A DNA stretch of 62,545 nucleotides, counting the filler. It is 12 parts of 12 records of this genome, joined end to end, with 100 filler letters (N's around TTAATTAATTAA, not from the genome) between each part and the next. Parts side by side here need not be neighbours in the genome. Positions count along the whole stretch, not along the records: positions 50,716 to 56,793 come from SRR7504441_18720; positions 56,894 to 62,545 come from SRR7504441_18726; 10 more parts are not named here. One strand, written 5' to 3'. Below the pieces are notes generated by a model. It had not been told where the DNA came from. It saw nothing but the letters and a program-made list of their open reading frames with translations, and ran no database searches. A program made the position numbers and the translations under genes. Positions 53,801 through 62,545 of this stretch are shown here, in pieces (positions within the stretch are counted from its first letter, which is position 1; each line of letters begins with the position of its first letter).

Positions 53801-56591
53801 TGGTAGACTACATTCGGCAAGCCATACTTTTGCAGTGACGCTTGCAGCTCTGCTGCAGTGGGGGGGGCGAGACTTGGTGTCAACCAGTTTGATCCCCTTT
53901 CAATCCGTTTGCGCTTGCCAAGGCTGTGCTGTTGAGGGGATGGTGTCTTCAGCCATGGTACTTTGGGGGAAGCACTTGGCTTGGGCATGCACGGTGAAGG
54001 GCGTACTTGGGCGAGCATTGGCTGGCTATTGCTAGGTGTGGCTGCACTAGGCTGTTTGATGGCTGATGATGGTGTGGTGCCTGCATTATTAGCGTGTCCT
54101 GGGGCTGAACTATACGATAGCTGCACTCCAGAACTATTGCGCAAGGCGGCTGAGTTGTCTGGCGGACTATTTTGAACAAATATGCACCGGAAGTCGTCCC
54201 AATCATCCGCATCCTCGAGCTGAACAGCTGCATTGACTGGCTGCCTTGACTCTGTAGCCGCAGTTCGGGCGTCTTGCAGGTTTGCCTGAGAGAGATCACC
54301 CGCCTTGTGCTTGATTTCATCGTTCTGCGAACCAGTTGGCTGTGATTCTTCCCACAAATCCCAGTCGTCAAGCCCTGGCTGCGACTGCACGACGTCCATG
54401 CCAGCCGGCCTTGCATCCCCACTGCTTTTATCTCCAGTCGAATAGACATCCTCGAGCTGCTGCCTCATACTGAAATATGACGCACCCGCCGAGTTCAGCC
54501 TGCCTCCGAGCGGCCACTCGCGACGACACCAGAAAACACGCTTCTCCGACAGCTCCAGCTGATGCATGGTCACTTGCCTTCTGAGCAATCCAGCTAGATC
54601 TGTTGGGCTGTAGTCAACACAGAGCGCCGCCGCCTCGCCTAATCCGGCCGGATCGGACGAGACTTTGTGAAACCAGTCCGTGCCTGCCTTTGCTTGCTCG
54701 AACTGGCGTGCCAACGCCGCGCGGTGTGGCTTCCAGACGTTGTTCTCTTTGTGCTCGGCGTAAGAGAGCACTTGACACACTTGCAGGACCAGACTGGCCG
54801 AGAATTGGTGCAGAGTCCCTCGCCCGCAAAGCATCAGCTCGTGCTTGCCATCCATCTTCCGCTGGCGCCCCTTATGCGACTCTTCAGGCCAGTAAAGCCT
54901 CTGCCCGCGTATTATCGGAGGCTGTGCAGAGCCCTGCTCGAGTATCTCCTGGGCCCGGTACACGCCCAGACAGGTCCCAACTCTCGCCAAGATAAAGTCT
55001 CCTACCCCAAAATTAATATGCTCGACTTCACCAGCCGTCCCGCGTACAATCTGCCCTGCCACACTCCATCGCATCCCTGAAACAAGCAACCGTCATACAG
55101 CACACAGATCACAGGGCCACCTGGAGCCGGCTGCAGCCCGCACAGCTCAGAAGATAAGCAGGCTGGGCCGTTGATAAGTTCTTGCGACACAGCTTGTGCC
55201 GGCTGTGAACTTGGGACCACAGACAGGCCTGCATCAGAGCTCCCGTCGAATTGAGGGATCGCGCTCCGGTCCGCCGAAGGAGCTGCTGCGCGCTGCTCTT
55301 CTCGGCCGTCGAGCAAGTGCGTGTCGCGGCCCTGGGCCTGCTCTGCACTCGCAAGCTGATGCTGGGAAGCGATGATATCTAAAGCCTCCTGCGAATGCTC
55401 AACGCACGGCTCATTCAGGGCCGCTGGCTCGTGCTGCGCCCGCGGCTGGCTGGGCTGGACCGCATCCTCCTCCGGCTCGCCCTCGGCCCGCCCGAGCATC
55501 CAGTCAAGGATCTGCTGGGTTCCCTCCTCCTCGTGCTCAGTCAGCTGGGTCAGCTGCTCTAGCTTCTCCTCGTCCAGCAGCACCGGCCCCGACCCGTCCC
55601 CGCTCGCCCCCGCACTGGCCTCGCTCTCCGGCAGCTGCCCCAGCCGGGCCGCCAGCCCCGCCAGCAGCTCGGCCTGCCTCGGGTCGCTCCGGGCTGCCGC
55701 CCGTGGTGTGAGCGAACTGGGCATCAGCTCAACTGAGCTCGGTGTACTTCCATCGGCCCTCTGCTGCCGCCGGAGCTCTTCGTCCCACAAGTGGACCAGG
55801 CTGTCGCACAGGAACTCGCCCTCCGGTACCGCCTGGCTGTTCATCACGTGCTCGGCTGTCACGTCGCATTCCAGTTCGCAACACGAATGCCGCTTCAGCT
55901 CAGGTGGCATCAGCCAGGCTGTGCTCACAGTCTCCGCAGAGAACAGCCGCGGGTTGGGCGGGGTAGCGCTGTCGGTCCGGTTGTGCTGCACTGGCTGCCG
56001 GAAGTGCGCCCGGCTGGCATGTAGGAGTCCCATCCCCACCAGCCTGTGGTCTGCCAGCAGCTGCAGCAGGTAAGGGATGTGCGCCTCAAACGGCTGGAGC
56101 GGCCGGCCCAGGATCGCACCGCTGCTGAGCAGCGCGGCCGCCCGGGGCACCACGAACGGGGAGAGCAGCTCGATCTTGAGGAAGACGGAAGAGTTGGAGA
56201 AGCCGTAAACGCTCCGCCAGCGCTCGGCGGTGACCGAGTGGACGAACTGCTTGGGCTTGGCCTGCTCGGTGGCGCCCACCATTCCAAGCGCCCGCTCGAG
56301 GCTGTGCCCTAGCTGGTGCAGCAGCGGCTCGGACGGCCGGTCCGACCAGGGCACGTACAGGGTGGGGTACACCCCGTGAAGGTGCACGCAGGCCTTCTGC
56401 CCGCCCGGGGTGGCCCCGAAGACCCGGCAGACCGGACGGACCCGGAGCGGCTCGCGCCCGGGCGGGTCGGCGTCGCTCCCGAAGGCCGGGCGGGAGGGAT
56501 CGAGTCCGAGCTGGGACTGGAGCGGGCCGACCGGGCAGCTGTACCAGTCCAGGGCCACCACCCGGACGCTGAGCACCGGCTGGCCGGCCAT
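50866..56591 (-). CDS. REV3: DNA polymerase zeta catalytic subunit
   Basis: N-terminal RVFGATPGGQKACVHLHGVYP and QPFEAHIPY.LQ. PolB motifs LDFRSLYPS, KLLANTTYGY, YGDTDSLF, KKRYVG, KGIETVRRD, and C-terminal CysA/CysB. Intron 55056-55090 joins the two ORFs. Confidence 0.93.
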
Positions 56592-57226
56592 TGCCCCCCG
56601 GCGGGACCGTCCAGCGCACTGCGCACTGGCGCCCGTCCCTCGTGCCCGCCTGGGGCCCGTGCACCGCTGGAGGGCCGCTGGAGGGCTCGGAGCCCCGCAG
56701 ACAGTCGCCGAGCTCGGCTGCTGCCGGCCGCGGCCGTTTCGGCTGACTTTCAAAGTTTGTCGCAGATGGCGCTCCGAGAGACCGAGCAGGCGGNNNNNNN
56801 NNNNNNNNNNNNNNNNNNNNNNNNNNNNNNNNNNNNNTTAATTAATTAANNNNNNNNNNNNNNNNNNNNNNNNNNNNNNNNNNNNNNNNNNNNGGGGGGG
56901 GGGGGGGGGGGGGGGGGAGTGAGGGCAGGCGGGGAGGATCGGCGGGTGTTGGGCTACGAATACAAAACTGGCCGAGCGGCCGCCTGACTGATGCAGGCTT
57001 TGTTGGAGAGGTGTGATTGCGGTAGCTGGGCGCCTGGTGATTGAGTTTTACGCAGTAGTTGCCGTTAAAAACCCGCATAGAACCGTTCTAACGGCACCTT
57101 ATTACTGTACGTAGTTAATATATTACGGTACAATAACGGTACAATTACAGCCGGAAAGCTGTACTCAAGCCGATACCGCACCGCCCTGTGTTGTGCAGTA
57201 GGCGCACGTGAGCAGGAGCAGGCTGG

Positions 57227-60200
57227 TCATCGGCGCACCACCGAGCCGGCCGCGAAGATCACGCTCATCATCCCAGCCCCAGCCGCTGCCCCCTCGGGTT
57301 GCGCCCCCGGCCGGCCGCTCCCGCGCCTGCCTGACGCCGAATCGCTGCCGCCGTCGCTCTTTAGAAAGCTGTAGCTTTGGAGCTGAGCCTCCTTCTCATC
57401 CAGCAGCGCCTTGAGCCGATCCGCCTCCTGACTGCCCGCACGGAGCCGCCCGGCCAAGTCTTCCTCTGTCAGCTCAGCCTTGACGACTCGCTGATTGGCT
57501 TGGTCCAGCTCCTCGCTTAGCGCCTGCACACGCAGCTGCAGCTGATCAGTCCACCATTCTTGACTGCTCAGCTCCGCCCGCACCTCCACCGCGGCCGCCG
57601 ACTCTCTAACCACCGCGCACTTGTGCATCGCCAGATGTGCCGCTCTCCGCCAGTGCCGCAGCTCAGAGTTGGCAGACACGAGGCTGGTTTCGGCGAGCAT
57701 TGCCCTCTGGTGCCACACACTGAACTCAGCCACGCCAGTCCCGTCCAGGCTGGCCGCCAGCTCGTCCAGCTTGCTCTGCCACTGGATCTCGGCATCGGCA
57801 AGCTCGTCACAATGCCGTTGCTCTGCCTGCTCGTACAGCTTCTCAGACTTGACACGCGAAGCACTCTCGGCGTCCAAACCAAGCTTACTCGCCTCAAGCT
57901 CCCGCTGCAGCTGCCGGAGCTCGGCCTCAAGCCTCAGCAGCTCACTGGCCGCCACCGCTATCTCCTGCGCCTGCACCTCGCCAGTCTGCCGGGCGGCCTC
58001 CAGCTGCATCTTGGTCTGGTTGGCATCCGCCCGACTAGCCCTCAGCTCGATCTCTGCATGCTGCTTCTGCTGTGCCGCCACCGCAGCCTGGTGCGAGAGC
58101 TGACTAACCCTCAGCCGGCCGGCTGCCAGCCCGCATTCGGCCTCTAGCAGCGCCGAGACCGTCTCCACCTGCGAGTCTGGCGCCACCTCGCTGTTTGCAC
58201 CCAGTTCTGCTACGGCTGCCTCCAGCCCGCTCAGCTTGTCAGCACTCTGTTTTAGCTCGATCTCAAGCAGCGCCGCGTGCTGCTCGAGCATCTCCGCTCT
58301 CCGCGACTCCTTGGCGGTAGCTACTTTGCTCTCCTTCAGCTCCACGACCATCGCTTCCCTCTCGTTCCTCACCATCTGCGCCACCGTGTGCAGAGACCCG
58401 CTCCGACGCACCGCCTCGTTCCGGTCATCATGCGCCCGGGACAGCTCAGCCTCCAGCCTGCTCAGCCGGGCTCGGTCCGCCGTCCTACCCGCAGCTGCCT
58501 CCGCCTGCACAGCCCCGGCTTGCCGCGCTGCGCTGGCCTCTAGTTCGACCAGTCGGTGCTTCGCCCTCTCAAGCTCCCGATACAGCTCGCTCCGCAACTC
58601 TCCCAGCAGAGGCCCCTCGCAGACCTCCCCAGAGACCGTGCTCCGGTCCTGCAGCTGGCTGTGCAGCCGGGCCAATTCGCAGCTCTGTTCCTCAACCTTG
58701 GCGGACAGATCGCTCAGCAGCTGGTTCCGGTCAACTATCCCGTTCGCGTGTGGCTGGCCTGCCACGATCGCGTCGCACTCGAGCTTGGCCGCCCGCTCGG
58801 TCGCTTCCTTCAACTCCACAGCTTGCAGCTTGCTCTGGGCCTGACACGACTCCAGCTCGGCTCTGGTCTTCTGCAACTCCCGATCTTTTGTACTCAGCGC
58901 CTCACGGTCCGCAGCCGAGGTGGCGTGCAACGGACTTTTGCCGGACAGGACCCGGACGGTGCCTTCGAGGGCGTCGATCCTGGTCTGGCCGTCGTGCCTG
59001 TGGCAGCGAGCTTCTTGGGTCGCTAGCACGAGCTCCCTCTGGAGCTCCTTTATCTTCTGGTCGCTCGCGACTTCGAGCTTGACCAGCTCCTTCTCCAGCC
59101 TCACGGCCCGCGCCTGGCCCGCCCTCAGCCCAGGCTCAATCCCAGCCCACACCTGCGCGTCCAACAGCGCTAGCTCCTGGTCATCTGCACCACCGGACTC
59201 AGACACTTGCAGTTAAATCACTCCATGGGGGTACCCGCAGTCGACTTTAGCAAAGCAATCTCGGCGGTCTGGTCCTGCAGTGCCGCCGGCTCCAATTCCA
59301 ACGCCTGCCCTGCTGCTCGCCTCCCGCCCAGGCCGAATAAATAATAATAATAATAATAATAATAAACCTGGACCACGTTGCCTGCAGTCGACGACTCCGG
59401 CCGCAACACTCGCTCGACTCGACCAAACAGCTCCGGGAGCATCGACTGCTTGAGCTCCGCCAGCTGCCGCCGGGTGACCAGCCGCTGGGTGGCCGACCAA
59501 CCGCCAGCTCGGCCCGCCGCTGATGCGCCCGCTGGCTCCGCTCTCGATGAGTGACTAAATCCCTGTAGTGGGTGGCCTGGCCGCGAGCCTCGCTCTCCTT
59601 GAGCTCCAGGCTGGCGATCTGGGCGTTCAACTGTCCGTTATATTCCGTTACTATCCCGTCAAGTCACGGCGCTGCCTGTACTATTGTTTGCTTGAGGGAA
59701 GTCTGCTGCTCACTGGCTGGCTGCTGCTGCTGCTGCTCCGACTGCTTGTTTGCGAGCGCCTCATCTCTCTGTCGTTCAAGCTGTTCTACCTCCGCCTGCA
59801 TCAGCTCCAGCTGCCGCGCGGCTCAGCCCAGTGGCCTGGCCAGATCGCGCCTGCTGTTTGAGAGATGGGCTGCACGCGTCATCGAGCTCGACCCTCACTG
59901 CTTGAACCTACACACCGCTTGCCACCCGCCAGCCAGCCAGCGGGTGCCTCCTCGAGCAGCACGTCCACCTGCTCCTCTGCCGTCCGCAGCTTCCGCTCCA
60001 GTTCGGCCGCTTTCTTTCGCTCTGCTTCCACCCGCGACTCCAGGTCGGCTACCTGTTGCCACGCTCACACGCCGTACATCCACTAGCCTGTCCACCTGGC
60101 TCGCCGCTGCCCGCTCGCTCTGAGCACGCAGCGTGCGCAGCTCCGTCTCCAGCGACCGCCGCTCCCGCTCCGCCCCGGCCTCGGCCTCCTCGCGCGCCGC

Positions 60201-60833
60201 TCTCTCGTTGTCGGCGCGCCGCTCAGCCGCGCGCACCTGCTCCTGGAGTGCAGCCACCCGCCTTTCGAGCTCTTCAACCATCATCGCCGCCTCCGCCCCG
60301 CCCACCGCCGCCGGGCCGCCCGCCAGCCTCCGTTCGAGCCCGGCGATGGCCCGATCCTTCTCCTGCAGCAGCTCCAGCGCCCGGGCGCTGTCCACTTCCA
60401 GCTGATCCCGCTCCGCAGCCAGCAGCGCCCGCTCCTCGGCCAACTGGGCCTCCACCTGCGCCGCGACGTCCTCCCCCGGCCGCCGGGCCGGGCTGGGCCC
60501 GCGCGGGCTGGCCGGGTGGTTCGCGGGGACCGAGAAAGTGGCGTGGAACTTCTGCTCGAAGTAGCGCGACTTGATGTGGAAGGTGTCGCGCACCGGCTTG
60601 TCGTCCCGCCGCCGGCTCCACTTGACCAGCCGGAGCCGGACCGCCAGCTTTAGGCTGCCCCGGGCCTCGAGCCGCAGTGGGCCTGACGGCGACAGGCTGT
60701 ACCGGTCGGCCCCTGGACGGACCTCGAACTCGACAGGGCAGCCGAGCGGGTTGCGCAGGGTGAGGTGCCGCAGGTAGGACTGGCCCACCTGGACAGGCCC
60801 GTACTCGACCGCGCCGGCGTCCAGCTCGAGCAT
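57227..60833 (-). CDS. Long coiled-coil protein with N-terminal ASH/MSP-like Ig domain (centrosome/cilium-type)
   Basis: VEYGPVQVGQSYLRHLTLRNP...EFEV...Y.LSP.G.LRL is an ASH/MSP pattern. More than 900 aa of heptad-rich frames linked by micro-introns follow. The 3' end is approximate. Confidence 0.6.
59337..59365. repeat. (AAT)n microsatellite within intron 59305-59367
   Basis: ataaataataataataataataataataa directly behind the minus-strand GT donor. Confidence 0.85.
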
Positions 60834-60925
60834 TTCCGACTCTAGTGCCCGGTCGCAGCTCTACAGACCATTTCCAATCAAATTCGAGGGGTTTTTCAAG
60901 CGCCAAGCGGGCTCCGTGCAGCACA

Positions 60926-62278
60926 ATGCTACGGCACTGGTGCAAGGGGCTGCTCGCGTGTACGCTGCTGCTGCCGGGGCTGCTGACGGGGCAGCCGCTG
61001 AGCGCGCCGGTGTCCGTCGCCCGTGCCGCGGTCCGGCTGTCCGACACCCCCGCCCGGCTCTTCGTGGCCTGCATGGACCGAGATTCTGCTGAGACCCTGA
61101 GCCACGCCGTGTGCACGCTGCTGGCTCTCGACCCGGAATCGTGCGGGCGGGTGCGGCGGAGCGTGCAGGGTCGGTTGGAGGCCTGGCCCACACTCGGGCG
61201 CAGACTGTTCACGCTGTGGCATTTTGTAGAGCTCAGGCACAGGCCGGCCGATGAGACGCTATGGGCCCACTCTGTCGGGGAGCGGCTGCGAGTGGCTATG
61301 TACGTAGACCTCCACACCAACGACTCGCTCGAGTCGGCCGTTAGCAGGAACTGTGCGGTCGAAGAGCGGCTGGAGATCTCTGGGAAACAGTGGCGTGCGC
61401 GGTGCGCGGCCCATGTTGAGAAAGCCCTTGCTCAGAGGGGTTGGTACAATGAGGCGGCCGGTTGGGATACTTCGCATGTGGCGGCGGTGCGGCTGCGGCC
61501 AGTGCCAGTGCCGTTGGTGGCATGGCGGGCATCAGGGGCTGGGCGTTCGGACCAGCTTGCTGAGAACAAGTGGCGAGCTTTGCAGCACTCGACTCTCGAG
61601 CTGGAACGTTACCTGCAGCGGCTGCAGCGGGATAACGACTGGCAGTTGGAGCACGGGTGGTTTGCCGAGGGCGGCGTGTTTGAGCTGCAGGCGATGGCAT
61701 TCGCACTATTTCGCCTGGCGTACCGTCACGAGCCTAAAACGGTGTGTGAGGTGGGATTTAATACCGGGCACAGCGCATTGCTCTGGCTGTGGGCTGGCAC
61801 TCAGCACACACAAGTGCTGGCGTTTGATATCGCCCGCTGGCCATACACTGAGATGGCCGCCGAATGGATTAACAGTCGGTTCCCGGGGCGAGTGGAGCTA
61901 GTAGTGGGTAACTCTACGGAGGCTATACCACAGCATACACGGGACCGGCCAGGGCAGCAGTGCGACTTAGTGTTTGTGGATGGCGACCACAATTGGGATG
62001 TGCCAATGCTCGACTTGCAGGCGGTCAGGGCTATGTCTCACAGCGAGACTCTGGTGCTAATGGACGATGTGCGATGTGACGAGGACACCTCTTATTGGTG
62101 CAAGCTCCCGACTGATGCATGGCAGACTTCGATTTCTACCGGTGAAGTGCTCGAGCTGGGGTGTCTCACCTCCGACGATCATCGGCGCGGCATGTGCTTT
62201 GGGGCTTTTCTATGGCCCGATTCAAAGCCCGATTCGAGGACTGCTCGTAGAAATACTCGTACGCATCTAGATTTATAA
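60926..62278 (+). CDS. Secretory class I SAM-dependent methyltransferase (Methyltransf_24-like)
   Basis: Signal peptide, EVGFNTGHSA (motif I), AFDI, VGNS, DLVFVDGDH, LMDD. Confidence 0.8.
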   Translation: MLRHWCKGLLACTLLLPGLLTGQPLSAPVSVARAAVRLSDTPARLFVACMDRDSAETLSHAVCTLLALDPESCGRVRRSVQGRLEAWPTLGRRLFTLWHFVELRHRPADETLWAHSVGERLRVAMYVDLHTNDSLESAVSRNCAVEERLEISGKQWRARCAAHVEKALAQRGWYNEAAGWDTSHVAAVRLRPVPVPLVAWRASGAGRSDQLAENKWRALQHSTLELERYLQRLQRDNDWQLEHGWFAEGGVFELQAMAFALFRLAYRHEPKTVCEVGFNTGHSALLWLWAGTQHTQVLAFDIARWPYTEMAAEWINSRFPGRVELVVGNSTEAIPQHTRDRPGQQCDLVFVDGDHNWDVPMLDLQAVRAMSHSETLVLMDDVRCDEDTSYWCKLPTDAWQTSISTGEVLELGCLTSDDHRRGMCFGAFLWPDSKPDSRTARRNTRTHLDL

Positions 62279-62545
62279 AACAAGTTTGAACACAACCAAC
62301 CGCCAATCATGATGGTTGTCACCGGCTTACCGCCGGTCCATCAGTCGTTTGAGCGTTGATATCTTCACTCGGAGTAGCGCAGCTTTGGGATCGTCCGCAT
62401 GTGCCAGCGGGCTCCGAGGGGCGTAGCTGTCTGCTATCTCGTCAGAATCATCCCCTCGCGCGGCCCGTGCTACCGCCTGCTTGGCCGCCTGGCCGGCCTG
62501 CTTGGCTTGTGCTAGCTCCTCCCTCGCTACCCGCTCCGCCTGCCA

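Noticed and set aside
50866-55089. Family B polymerase as a sign of a virus or Polinton
   Set aside because: The REV3-specific N-terminus, CysA/CysB tail and a host-type intron identify cellular Pol zeta.
56894-56917. Poly-G run as a G-quadruplex or poly-Pro ORF
   Set aside because: It is a homopolymer at a contig edge and cannot be distinguished from a sequencing artefact.
62290-62545. Possible 3' end of a minus-strand gene (also 7885-8074, and gene starts at 37283 and 56766)
   Set aside because: The fragments are too short or truncated to assign a product.

Overview
This is eukaryotic (protist) genomic DNA, not a prokaryotic locus. It consists of 12 short contigs joined by artificial 100-nt spacers (N44-TTAATTAATTAA-N44). 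The genome is GC-rich and very compact. Many genes carry tiny spliceosomal introns (mostly 29-47 nt, degenerate GT or GC donors, AG acceptors), which explains why the ORF track is fragmented, and many gene pairs sit head-to-head with start codons under 200 bp apart. Hand-splicing gives these genes: three aquaporins, an organellar-type GET3/ArsA ATPase, a His-brace LPMO, an AN1 zinc finger, a kinesin, an LRR multi-TM receptor, CEP164, an ABC1 kinase, an enoyl-CoA hydratase, a RhoGAP, CFAP57, an LCAT/PDAT-4TM fusion, GH3, GH65, two SGNH hydrolases, an EEP phosphatase, a JmjC protein, a BRWD/PHIP-like protein, REV3 and a methyltransferase. CEP164 and CFAP57 imply a flagellate. The most striking candidate novelty is one spliced reading frame joining a kinesin-12-like N-terminal motor, a basic tail and coiled coil, and a complete kinesin-14 C-terminal motor (a two-motor, possibly bipolar kinesin). 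Other leads are REV3 with a BAH-like insert, an LRR ectodomain on a roughly 10-TM body, an LPMO gene bracketed by a duplication of its neighbour's start, and a MITE-like insert inside a micro-intron. All family assignments come from motif recognition by eye; no searches were run.
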